The position numbers and the translations under genes are program-made. From a virus (lineage: Duplodnaviria > Caudoviricetes): 25,741 nucleotides of DNA. The stretch is from IMG/VR virus record IMGVR_UViG_3300030376_004646, positions 1 to 25,741 of that record; one strand, written 5' to 3'. How positions within the stretch are numbered: the stretch's first letter is position 1; every line of letters begins with the position of its first letter. Positions 17,139-25,741 of this stretch are shown piece after piece. The notes under the pieces were generated by a model. It made no database searches. It saw nothing but the letters and a program-made list of their open reading frames with translations, and had not been told where the DNA came from.

Positions 17139-18220
17139 AGTCTGATACGCAAAATAAACGCATTAAGATCAAAACGCTGAGTAATCAAGAGCAGTCGTTT
17201 TATCTGTATTACTACAGAAACAACAAAGCGCATTTGATGAAGATAGCAAGTCAAGGAACTGACATCGATACTGTGAGACGCATTGCGAGCGACATAGAGA
17301 GTCGTATGAGTGTTGATGCACATTATGATCCATTGCTTGAGAGGCAAAAATCAAGACGTGAGACTAAACATGTTGATATAACTCTTCATCAGTTATTCAC
17401 AGACTATTTAGATGACATCAACAAGAAGAAGTCACACGATAAGATTCAGCAGATTTACAACAACAACATCAAAGAAGTGCTAGGCGATAGAAAGATCAGC
17501 ACGATTGAGAAAGCAGACATTGTTGAGCTGAAGAGAAAGATCAGCAAGAGAGCGCCTTACGTTGCAAACTCTGTCATCACATATCTGCGTTCTGCGTTTA
17601 ACTTTGCAATTGAGAGCGAGCTTGTTGAGAAGAATCCATGCAATCGCATTAAAAAGCATGAAGATGTTGAGCGTAATCGTATTTTGTCAAACGATGAGCT
17701 GAGACGTGTTTTCGAAGTGCTAGATGAAAAAGCGAAGAATAAAAACAATCATCAAAGCGTTGCATTTATCAAGTTATTGATCTTCACAGGCGCAAGAGTT
17801 TCAGAGATTGCAAACATGCGTTTCAGCGACATTAAAGATCGTGTCATAAGACTGTCTCAGCACAAGACAGATCATCTAGGACAAGACAAAATAATCTATT
17901 TAAACGATCACACATTGTCGATCATAAACGCTTTAAAACGCACACATGAAAAAGCAAAAATCATTGGCATTAAAAGCCCACGTCATTTGTGGGATTCAAT
18001 CAGAAAAGAAGCGAACATTGAAGATGTGAGATTGCATGATTTGAGACACACATACGTCTCATTCGGCATCAATACTCGCACTGTGTCATTTGATGAAATG
18101 AAAGATCTAGTCGGTCACAAAGACGCTAAATCAACGCAACGCTATTTAACGAGATCAATCGATACAAACTTAGCTAACGCTGACGCTGTTTCGAATGAGC
18201 TTTTAAATCTAATCAACTAA
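17135..18220 (+). CDS. int: tyrosine integrase
   Basis: Catalytic motifs TGARVSEI (R), HKT (K), LHDLRH (HxxR), VGH, TQRY (Y); N-terminal arm-binding-like domain. Confidence 0.93.
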   Translation: MKSDTQNKRIKIKTLSNQEQSFYLYYYRNNKAHLMKIASQGTDIDTVRRIASDIESRMSVDAHYDPLLERQKSRRETKHVDITLHQLFTDYLDDINKKKSHDKIQQIYNNNIKEVLGDRKISTIEKADIVELKRKISKRAPYVANSVITYLRSAFNFAIESELVEKNPCNRIKKHEDVERNRILSNDELRRVFEVLDEKAKNKNNHQSVAFIKLLIFTGARVSEIANMRFSDIKDRVIRLSQHKTDHLGQDKIIYLNDHTLSIINALKRTHEKAKIIGIKSPRHLWDSIRKEANIEDVRLHDLRHTYVSFGINTRTVSFDEMKDLVGHKDAKSTQRYLTRSIDTNLANADAVSNELLNLIN

Positions 18221-18238
18221 AAATAAAAAGGAACTAAA

Positions 18239-18496
18239 ATGAGTGAAAACATTGAAACAATCACATTTGATAACGAGCAATACAACGTCTCAGATCTAAA
18301 CGAGCAAGCAGTTCAACATTTTAATATTTTGATGAAACTGCAAAACGAATCAAACGAGCAATCGTATCAATTAAGCAAAACAAACATTGCGATTGAAACG
18401 ATGTCTGATCGCTTTAAAGCATTGCTTGACGAGCTTGATATAAAGCCTGTTGAAGAGACTGTTATTGATACAGAAACTAAAACGATAGAGCAGTAA
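18239..18496 (+). CDS. hypothetical coiled-coil protein (85 aa)
   Basis: AAGGA RBS; ITFDNEQY.VSDL N-terminus. Confidence 0.8.
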   Translation: MSENIETITFDNEQYNVSDLNEQAVQHFNILMKLQNESNEQSYQLSKTNIAIETMSDRFKALLDELDIKPVEETVIDTETKTIEQ

Positions 18497-18545
18497 TTTG
18501 TTTGTAAAAACAATTTTGCTTTTGTTTATATTTAAAGGAACAAAC

Positions 18546-18992
18546 ATGCCAATAATCAACATGAAAGGACTTGATCTGATCAAAGAGTTTGAAGGTCTAA
18601 AAACAGACGCTTACAAAGATCGAGCAGGTGTCTTAACAATCGGCTACGGAAGCACAAAAGACGTAAAAGAAAATGATTCAATCACTGAACAATTTGCGAC
18701 TGCAATGCTTGATAAAGAGTTGCGTGAATACGAAGGCTACATTGATAATCTTGTAAATGTTCCTTTAAATTCTAATCAACACTCAGCATTGGTTAGTCTA
18801 ATTTACAACATTGGGCCCACGCACTTTAAAGACAGCACACTTTTGAAAAAATTAAATGAAGGTAAATACGATGAAGTGCCTTATCAAATGAAGCGTTGGA
18901 ACAAAGCAACAGTGAACGGAGAGCTAACAGAGCTTGAAGGACTAATTAGACGCAGACAAGCAGAAGCAGATCTATTCAATGAGGACTCGTAA
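18546..18992 (+). CDS. GH24 phage lysozyme (endolysin)
   Basis: LIKEFEG...AYKDRAGVLTIGYG (E/D/T triad) and GLIRRRQAE. Confidence 0.93.
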   Translation: MPIINMKGLDLIKEFEGLKTDAYKDRAGVLTIGYGSTKDVKENDSITEQFATAMLDKELREYEGYIDNLVNVPLNSNQHSALVSLIYNIGPTHFKDSTLLKKLNEGKYDEVPYQMKRWNKATVNGELTELEGLIRRRQAEADLFNEDS

Positions 18993-19255
18993 TGATTGAA
19001 AATGAATTTCAAATTGACGAACTAATACATAAAAAGGGTCAAGAATATGGACATCCAATGAGGTTTTTTCGTCAGTTATCGAAAGTGTGGAGTGGAGTGC
19101 TTGATGTTGAAATCACTCCTCAGAAAGCGGCGACTATGATGCTGTTGTTCAAGTCAGTGCGTTTGTATAACAACTCAAACAAAGCTGATACTCAAGATGA
19201 CATTCAGGGTTATCTTAAAATTGTCGAGATTCTAAATGACTTTGAACAGTCATGA
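18992..19255 (+). CDS. DUF6378-like all-alpha protein
   Basis: GQEYGHP...WS..L...M...K..R...D...DIQGY pattern. Confidence 0.75.
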   Translation: MIENEFQIDELIHKKGQEYGHPMRFFRQLSKVWSGVLDVEITPQKAATMMLLFKSVRLYNNSNKADTQDDIQGYLKIVEILNDFEQS

Positions 19256-19365
19256 ATGATGAGGAGCGTCAAAGATTAATAGCGCAAGTCGAGCATTTTC
19301 GTAGGCAATATCGAATTGCATTAGTGGGTCTAGTGATTCAAACGATACTTTTAATTTTGGTTTAG
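19252..19365 (+). CDS. small C-terminally hydrophobic peptide (37 aa)
   Basis: MNDEERQRLIAQVEHFRRQYRIALVGLVIQTILLILV; ATGA-coupled; stop overlaps the convergent gene's stop. Confidence 0.55.
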   Translation: MNDEERQRLIAQVEHFRRQYRIALVGLVIQTILLILV

Positions 19366-20933
19366 TTTTGCGTTACGTCTCGCCCAACTCTTCCTGACAC
19401 TACTGGTATTGAAGTTCTTCCTACTTGTCCACTTCCTCTCAGCAATTCTAGTAAAAGTTTTTGCGTTGCTGGGTTTTGATATCCAGATAATATAGTTCCC
19501 GCTATACCGGCTGACAAAGGATCAACCATTGCGCCACCACCTAAAAGACCACCAGCAGTTAATGTTCTTGCTGAAGTTCCTGAGTCTGATAGCGTTTGTC
19601 CAATCATGTTTTGCCCAAGCTCTGCTATATCTTGCATTTTACTTTCGCCACGAAATGTTTTTGTTTTTCCTGATGATTTATCGGCGGCTTTACCAGCTTG
19701 TCTTAGTTGAGCTGGTGTAAAAATATTTCCTTGATTTGCTGATGCAGTTCCAGCTTTTGAAATGACGAGTAGATCACCATAAGCGCTTTTTGCGCTGTTG
19801 TACGCTGTAATCAAATCTTTAGGGTTGTCAGATTGTAGTGCATCGTCTAAAACTTTATAAACATCATCGTAAACATCGCCCATCTCTCTTTGAACAGCGT
19901 CACCTGAAGTTCGGTATCGTCTGATTTGCGATCTTAACCATGAGTCTGCTTTTTGCAAAGATTCGCCTGTCAATCGATTGTCTTTTGCTTTTCCGTAAAA
20001 CAATTTGTTTAGTCTGATATTGATGTCTTTTATTTCATTTGGTTTTAGCAAAGAATTGCTCAAAGCATTATCAATTTTTGATCTTAGTTGATTGATGTCA
20101 TTTACTTTTAAATTTTTTACACTTCTATCAAGTGCGTTTCTTACTTGTCTGTCTAAATATAAGCCTGCATCGTCAACAACGCTCGGTAGCTGTTTGTTAA
20201 TTTTTTTCAAAGCGTCATTGATTACAGATCTGTTAAAAGTTTGTGTTGATCGCTGTAATGCTTTTTCAGTTCCTATGAGTGGCAATGAACTAACTGTTTC
20301 TTCCAATCTTTTAAGCGTGTCTCCGACAACTGTTCCTTGCGTTGCTTGACCGGGCGTTAATTGTGTTCCTTTGTTCATTAATCTTTTAGCGGCTTCAGAG
20401 ACTTTAGGCAAAACAGCGCTGCCAACTGGAGACGCAACTGCTGTTATACCACCTGAAGCGACTGCGCTTTTCGCTCTGTCGATAGCATCTCCTTCTGAAA
20501 CACCTGCGCCATAAGCGGCTCCTAATCCAACTTGTGGGGCTGTTTGTTTAGCAATGTTTTTCGCTTGATTAATTCTTCTTCCAGCACCCGCAACTCTTGC
20601 CCCTGTAGCTGTAATATTTGCGGCTGTTCCTGTTCCACCTGTAACTGCGCCAACAGCAAGTGAAGGAATTAAAGCGCCACCAATTTCTGTTGAATATGCA
20701 AGAGCTGGATTGTCAGTTCTGAATTGATCAATTTCTTGTCTTACTTCTTTGGCAATATCATCATAATCTTTGTTGCTTGCTAATGATTTTGCAAACGCTT
20801 CAACTTCATCACCAAAGCCTAGAGCTAATCCTTGTCCAAGCGCTGATCTAACAATGTTTTTAAAATTCGTTGAAGATCGTTCTTCTTCAGCGCGTTTTTG
20901 AGGGTTATATGTTTTGTTTTTTAATTCGCTCAT
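19362..20933 (-). CDS. putative DNA ejection/internal virion protein (523 aa)
   Basis: Ala/Gly-rich and helical with GQGLALGFGDE; last gene of a podovirus-type virion operon. Confidence 0.65.
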   Translation of the reverse strand: MSELKNKTYNPQKRAEEERSSTNFKNIVRSALGQGLALGFGDEVEAFAKSLASNKDYDDIAKEVRQEIDQFRTDNPALAYSTEIGGALIPSLAVGAVTGGTGTAANITATGARVAGAGRRINQAKNIAKQTAPQVGLGAAYGAGVSEGDAIDRAKSAVASGGITAVASPVGSAVLPKVSEAAKRLMNKGTQLTPGQATQGTVVGDTLKRLEETVSSLPLIGTEKALQRSTQTFNRSVINDALKKINKQLPSVVDDAGLYLDRQVRNALDRSVKNLKVNDINQLRSKIDNALSNSLLKPNEIKDINIRLNKLFYGKAKDNRLTGESLQKADSWLRSQIRRYRTSGDAVQREMGDVYDDVYKVLDDALQSDNPKDLITAYNSAKSAYGDLLVISKAGTASANQGNIFTPAQLRQAGKAADKSSGKTKTFRGESKMQDIAELGQNMIGQTLSDSGTSARTLTAGGLLGGGAMVDPLSAGIAGTILSGYQNPATQKLLLELLRGSGQVGRTSIPVVSGRVGRDVTQN

Positions 20934-20935
20934 AT

Positions 20936-22198
20936 TTACTCAAAATCCTTTTTGCTGAATATTCTTAAAACAGGATTATCAGGATCACTTGTATCAATGT
21001 ATGCTTCACCTTCTTTAATTGCGTTTGTGTCTGCCATGCTTCCTATTATGCTTTCGTTATTTTCATTGACTGCTTGAGCGTCTATGTTTTGATAAACAAG
21101 TGGCATTAAATCAGGGTTATTACTCATATAAGCGTCAAAACCAAGCGTTGTTTTTTGTTCTTCAAAAAATTCTTCTTTAAGTTGCAACAGTTTTCGATCT
21201 CGCTCTGCTTGTTGAATTGCAGTCGCAACAATAATTCTGTTGGCTTCTCTGTTTTTACCAAGCCCTACTGTTGCTCTCGCAAACATCATTTGTTCAAAAT
21301 CTGATGAAGCACCCGATCCCGGTGGTCTCATTCTTGGTGTTGCGTAACTTGCTATCGCTTCAAAAACAAGTTGATTTGTGACGTTAGGATCATCAATGCC
21401 TGTAATTTCAGAATATAGTTGTCTAGGGCCCAATGTTGCTTTTTGCATAATACCTGTGTCGAAATTTTCTTGGTTCAATATTATTTGTGCTTGCCTAAAT
21501 TTAGGAACTAAAGCGGTGTCTGTTTGAAGTATTTTCTTATCTTCAGATAATTCTTTTCTTCCTTCAGTGTAGTCAATTTCTTTATATTTCCACTCAGCTT
21601 TATCACCCAAGTCAATATTTGTTACAGGCGTTTTTGGCTTAACAAACTCCATTCGTCTTTGCATTTCGATCTGATCTGCTTGAGTTATTACGCCATCGTT
21701 AGGTGTAGGATCAGAGTTTGCCCAATCAAAATTCTCTTGCGCATTTGGTTTATTAGGTAATTTACCAGTTGCTATTGCTAATTGTGCTTCTTGTTTTGAT
21801 ATTTGTCCTGTTGATACCATCTGTGCAAGTGTTTGTTCGAATCTAGCTCTCGCGTTTATCTCTTCTTGTTGTTTTTGCATAGCAAGCGTATTCGCTTGTC
21901 TTTGTTGAGCTTCAGCGCCTATGTTTCTTCCTGCAAATGCGTCACTGAGAGAGTAGAGCATGTTGCCTAGTCCTACGTTACGAGCGTTTCTTTGTTGTTG
22001 CTCATAAGTGTTTGCGTCAGCTTGCGTTTCAAAGAAGCCACGTTTTAATGCTTCTTGCTGTGCTTGATCAGGTGTAAAACCGCCACCTCTTGCGAAGAAA
22101 GAGTTGATGCGTCTAGGCTCTTGCACTGCAACACGATTCTGCTGTTGCTGTTGCTGTCGCTTTTGCATTTCTTCTAAAATTTTAGGATCAATATACAT
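20936..22198 (-). CDS. putative DNA ejection/internal virion protein (420 aa)
   Basis: Gln/Ala-rich N-terminus, PGSGASSDFE motif, gene position. Confidence 0.6.
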   Translation of the reverse strand: MYIDPKILEEMQKRQQQQQQNRVAVQEPRRINSFFARGGGFTPDQAQQEALKRGFFETQADANTYEQQQRNARNVGLGNMLYSLSDAFAGRNIGAEAQQRQANTLAMQKQQEEINARARFEQTLAQMVSTGQISKQEAQLAIATGKLPNKPNAQENFDWANSDPTPNDGVITQADQIEMQRRMEFVKPKTPVTNIDLGDKAEWKYKEIDYTEGRKELSEDKKILQTDTALVPKFRQAQIILNQENFDTGIMQKATLGPRQLYSEITGIDDPNVTNQLVFEAIASYATPRMRPPGSGASSDFEQMMFARATVGLGKNREANRIIVATAIQQAERDRKLLQLKEEFFEEQKTTLGFDAYMSNNPDLMPLVYQNIDAQAVNENNESIIGSMADTNAIKEGEAYIDTSDPDNPVLRIFSKKDFE

Positions 22199-22204
22199 TG
22201 CTCG

Positions 22205-23014
22205 TTACACTCCCGGCTTGTTAAAGTAACCGCCAGCAAATGCTGAACCGAGCAAGCCTGCGCCTGCACCAAGTATGTCTCCGAAACCTACTTTTTGTCT
22301 TTGTGTTTCATTCGTAGACGAAGGCAAGAAACTGACACCAGACTTGAGACGATCTAGCTGTACGTCAGGATATCCTTGCGCTCTCATGAACTCGCTGAAG
22401 TTTGCGTCAAGTTGAGCTTGTTGCATTTGTCTGTTCATTGCACCGACATTTCCTAGCAGTCCAAGCGTTTTGTATTGGTCTGATAAAAGACCACTTTGAA
22501 TTCCTGTTCTGTATGAGCGGTCATCTAGTCCCAGCTGGGTTGCTGTGTCAAAGCCAGACTTTCTTAGATCTGAGACTGTGCGACCTACAGCGTCATAGTA
22601 GCCACGGTCTGCGTCTCCTTCTAGTAGAGTTGAACGAGATCCACCGAAAGCGCCTGCTCCTATGGCTCTGTCTTGACTGTCTAAAATTTGCAATTGTCTC
22701 GCTCTGTCGAGATCTTGTATTGAACGATCAATGACTTCACTCTGGTACGGATTCATATAAGGCGATATATCAAGTGGTGCGCCACCCATGTTTGCTAGTT
22801 CAGCTCTAGGGTTATATCCCATTGAGTCACCGAACATTCCTCTTGTTGCTTCAAATGAGTCAATATCGTCAGGAGAGTATCCCGCAATTTGAGCTTCAGT
22901 ATAAGGTTGGAAAGGTATATCAGCCGCAGATTTAGCGCCTGAATAAACTTCTTTATACATTGCAAGAAGTTCGGGGTTAATTTCTGTTGAAGTTGTCGTG
23001 GAACCCTTACTCAT
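22205..23014 (-). CDS. putative DNA ejection/pilot protein (269 aa)
   Basis: MSKGSTTTST start, YMNPY, GAGAFGGSR, Gly-rich hydrophobic C-terminus. Confidence 0.65.
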   Translation of the reverse strand: MSKGSTTTSTEINPELLAMYKEVYSGAKSAADIPFQPYTEAQIAGYSPDDIDSFEATRGMFGDSMGYNPRAELANMGGAPLDISPYMNPYQSEVIDRSIQDLDRARQLQILDSQDRAIGAGAFGGSRSTLLEGDADRGYYDAVGRTVSDLRKSGFDTATQLGLDDRSYRTGIQSGLLSDQYKTLGLLGNVGAMNRQMQQAQLDANFSEFMRAQGYPDVQLDRLKSGVSFLPSSTNETQRQKVGFGDILGAGAGLLGSAFAGGYFNKPGV

Positions 23015-23024
23015 GGATTTTTAC

Positions 23025-23426
23025 CTATATTTGTTTACTTATTATATTCTCAGCGTGAAAGCCGAGATGTTGAGCTTTTTTTACCCAACCTTTTCTTCCA
23101 CCGCCATAGAGTTTTGTTGCACCAAAATGACTGGCAAAATTCTCAATGCTCGGTAGCATTTCTTCTAAGTCTTCAAAACGTCCAGCGCAGAAGATTAAAT
23201 TCAATGCAGTCGATTGAGGATAAACAACCAGTTCTGTCACAAAACAAGATTGCTGGTTGTGGTGCGGAAATAACTGAAAACGTCCAGTTTCGATAAGCTC
23301 ACGCACATCACTAATATTATACATATCTTGATATTGAATACATTTAGAAATTAAAGGCTCGCACCAGTTCCACACGTTTTCTGACAACTTATTAGACTGT
23401 CGCTGTTGTAGAGAGTACGCCTGCAT
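23025..23426 (-). CDS. virion-assembly protein with GNAT-like fold (start uncertain)
   Basis: ELVVYP and GGRKGW motifs; lies between nozzle and ejection genes as in podoviruses. Confidence 0.6.
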   Translation of the reverse strand: MQAYSLQQRQSNKLSENVWNWCEPLISKCIQYQDMYNISDVRELIETGRFQLFPHHNQQSCFVTELVVYPQSTALNLIFCAGRFEDLEEMLPSIENFASHFGATKLYGGGRKGWVKKAQHLGFHAENIISKQI

Positions 23427-23616
23427 TGCTCACTTCTAATTTGTATTTTGTTCCGTCAGGTGACACCAAGACGACTTCTGTTTGATCGCCACCATTTGCT
23501 TCAATGCGTTCACCTTTTTTGAATGATAGTCCGTCTCGTTGTTCGACTTCAGCAACAAGATAATTCATATATTTTTGATCGTATTCGTTTTTTGGCTTTG
23601 TTAATGCTTGTCTCAT
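23392..23616 (-). CDS. small virion-associated protein (74 aa)
   Basis: TAATG-coupled to the upstream gene; LVSPDGTKYKLEVSNAG motif. Confidence 0.75.
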   Translation of the reverse strand: MRQALTKPKNEYDQKYMNYLVAEVEQRDGLSFKKGERIEANGGDQTEVVLVSPDGTKYKLEVSNAGVLSTTATV

Positions 23617-25124
23617 TATCTGCGCCCTCCGTTTTTTAGATCGAGTCTAATATCACCGAGTGAAAACGATTGATCAGTATCGCCTTCAATGGTCATTGAT
23701 ATTTCTCTTGCTGATATACGACAGTCAGAATAGCCATCACTTTCAAACGTGACACTGCCAAAATCTGTTTGAGCGCCAAGTGGTGTAAAACGACCTTTGA
23801 AACTCAGAGTCACTCCCGGCAATGTAGTCGCCTCAGAATCAGGTATCACTTGCGTTGCGTGTATGTAGTTGTCTCCTTTTGCGAGCTGTATTGCGCCTGA
23901 AGTTGCTGTTGGTTTAGATGTGCCTAGATCTTTGCTGTTGAATAGATTTCCTTTCTCTTGATAGTAAACAAAACCATTTTCGTCAGAAGCAATTGGATAA
24001 TCAAAAACACCTGCATCGTGATAAGCGCCACGATTTAGTTCACCGATTGCCCAGGTGTTGTCGATGTAGTTCCATAAAACGTACTTATCAGGTGTTTTGC
24101 TCTCGCCACTAGGAAAAAAGAACCAAATTTCATTGTTTGAGCTGTTATGACCTGCACATGTCGCTTTACGATATAAATAATTAATATTGTCGAATATATA
24201 AGAGCTGACAGGGCTTTTTATTTCTTGTACTGAGCCATCGTATATAAAGACTGAGCTTTCACCGAGCCACGCGATGAAGTTTCCAGCACTTGTTATTGCT
24301 CGCGGTGATATTGCTTTACAGTTTGTGCCAGCGTCAGATATGCCATAGATGAAAGGCGATCCTGTGTAGTATAGACGAGCCAGTCCTGTATCTGTCCATA
24401 CTAGGATGTCTGTTTGCCATTTGAGTGCTGTTAATGCACGACCGCCTGTTGGGATTTGAAGATCGCCAGCTGTGTTTGTAGAAGCCGCAGTCCATGTGGT
24501 GTTTGCTTCTCTTGATGACCATGAAATTTTGCGTGGATCATTGTTAGCGCCGATCGCAATTAAATGTCTTTCGTTGCTGACAACAAGTGATTGACAGCCT
24601 GTTGGCGCATTAGTGATTGCTGTCGCAGTTGCATCAGGTGAGCCACTTCCTGCGTCGGGTCTCCACTGGTACAATTTGCCGTCTGATGAACAGCTAAAGA
24701 CTAAGTGTTCGCCCCAATTGTCGAAAGAATAGCTGTGTGCGTTGAAGCCTAAGCCTGATTGTGATCTGGCATCGCCATAATCTTCCACGTTATAATTAAA
24801 TGCAGAATATCCGAGCGGTGAGGTGCTGTCTGGAGTTACAAAGCCAGAAGGAGTTATATCCCGCCATACAAAGTTATAAAGCGTGTAAACTTTTTGATCA
24901 GTTCCTACAACTAGAATTTGATCGCCATCGTTTTTGTTGTATGAAAAAATGCCAATTGGAATACCAGTCAAAGCTGTACTGCGAAGCAAATCCCAACCTT
25001 TTATTGGTATTAATATTCCATCTTGAAAGCGAATTAAATTGCTTGTGATCCAACGACCACGATTCTGATAATCAGTACCGTTGGTGTATACACCCGCTTT
25101 AGGAGTTATTGGCAATAAAGCCAT
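23616..25124 (-). CDS. tail nozzle / DNA stabilisation protein (P22 gp10-like)
   Basis: 502 aa, beta-propeller-like, ISWS motif; located upstream of the ejection genes. Confidence 0.7.
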   Translation of the reverse strand: MALLPITPKAGVYTNGTDYQNRGRWITSNLIRFQDGILIPIKGWDLLRSTALTGIPIGIFSYNKNDGDQILVVGTDQKVYTLYNFVWRDITPSGFVTPDSTSPLGYSAFNYNVEDYGDARSQSGLGFNAHSYSFDNWGEHLVFSCSSDGKLYQWRPDAGSGSPDATATAITNAPTGCQSLVVSNERHLIAIGANNDPRKISWSSREANTTWTAASTNTAGDLQIPTGGRALTALKWQTDILVWTDTGLARLYYTGSPFIYGISDAGTNCKAISPRAITSAGNFIAWLGESSVFIYDGSVQEIKSPVSSYIFDNINYLYRKATCAGHNSSNNEIWFFFPSGESKTPDKYVLWNYIDNTWAIGELNRGAYHDAGVFDYPIASDENGFVYYQEKGNLFNSKDLGTSKPTATSGAIQLAKGDNYIHATQVIPDSEATTLPGVTLSFKGRFTPLGAQTDFGSVTFESDGYSDCRISAREISMTIEGDTDQSFSLGDIRLDLKNGGRR

Positions 25125-25126
25125 AA

Positions 25127-25477
25127 TTATCCGCCTATGGTTTTCGTTTCAGTCGTAGGCGTGATCTGCTCAACAATGTTTGAATCTAATCCATCTTTCA
25201 GTGATTGCACTTCATCTTCGCCCATAGCTGTTTCAGTCCAGCCTTCAACGATTGACTCAGTGAGATCAGCGAAAGGAATGAAGTTTCCAATGTCATCAGT
25301 AGAAATGCCTTGCGTACCATACACGCTTGCAGTGTAAGGCACATCTTCGCCATCGACTTCGTGCGTTTGATCGCTTGTCGCTGTAAGTCTCCAATGCACG
25401 ACATAGACGACATCGCTGTGACTATCGTGTGTGGGGTAAACATCAACTGTTTTGCAATTCCATGCGTAGTTTGCCAT
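25127..25477 (-). CDS. tail-fibre-associated acidic protein (116 aa)
   Basis: VHWRL and FIPFADLTE...GW motifs; GAGG RBS; follows the tail fibre. Confidence 0.75.
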   Translation of the reverse strand: MANYAWNCKTVDVYPTHDSHSDVVYVVHWRLTATSDQTHEVDGEDVPYTASVYGTQGISTDDIGNFIPFADLTESIVEGWTETAMGEDEVQSLKDGLDSNIVEQITPTTETKTIGG

Positions 25478-25528
25478 TTTAGTTTCCTCTTAGTTTTCGC
25501 ACTTCTCGTGTGCTTGTTGTTTTAATTG

Positions 25529-25741
25529 TTAGCTACTCTCCAATGCTGTAATTCTTGCTTCTAGTTCTTGTATTGTTTTGACCAATAGTGGAACAAGTTT
25601 GCCTTGATCTATTTGTTGGTATTCAGGATTTCCATCCGCATCAACTGCATCTTTAATGCCTGAAATTGCTTCTGGAACAATACTAGATACTTCGTGTGCT
25701 AAGAAACCATCCATAGTTTTTGTTTTATTTTTTATAAAATT
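25529..25741 (-). CDS. C-terminus of tail fibre: S74 intramolecular chaperone domain (partial)
   Basis: GFLAHEV..IVPEA, YQQID..KLVPLLVKTIQEL..RI..LE; the frame is open to the window edge. Confidence 0.88.
   Translation of the reverse strand, partial: NFIKNKTKTMDGFLAHEVSSIVPEAISGIKDAVDADGNPEYQQIDQGKLVPLLVKTIQELEARITALESS

Noticed and set aside
18221-18238. attP or tRNA next to the integrase
   Set aside because: The gap is only 18 bp and mostly RBS, and I recognised no tRNA-like sequence in the window.
22135-22165. CAG/CAA run as a contingency repeat
   Set aside because: Mixed-codon poly-Gln in a Gln-rich virion protein, not a pure slippage tract.

Overview
The window is about 25.7 kb of an AT-rich tailed phage genome, probably a temperate podovirus and apparently circularly permuted. 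The minus-strand left arm runs from a small ribbon-helix-helix gene through a Holliday junction resolvase, SSB-like gene, TOPRIM/AAA primase-helicase, iteron-rich probable origin and nuclease to TerS, TerL, portal and a 3TM holin. A divergent plus-strand block (13.3-19.4 kb) carries repeat-bounded small genes, an apparently inactive serine recombinase, a YqaJ exonuclease, a tyrosine integrase and a lysozyme. A minus-strand virion block on the right carries an S74 tail-fibre end, a nozzle/stabilisation protein and three probable ejection proteins. The main observation is a set of sugar genes interleaved among the replication genes: UDP-glucose dehydrogenase, UDP-glucuronate decarboxylase (UDP-xylose synthase), a cupin, a cytidylyltransferase, and a TAGT/GREB1-like glycosyltransferase with a small partner. 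Together these suggest DNA hypermodification with xylose or a related sugar. CC/GG dinucleotides are strongly depleted in the stretch I counted. No methyltransferase or TET gene is visible in the window. All family calls come from motif recognition by eye; no database searches were run.
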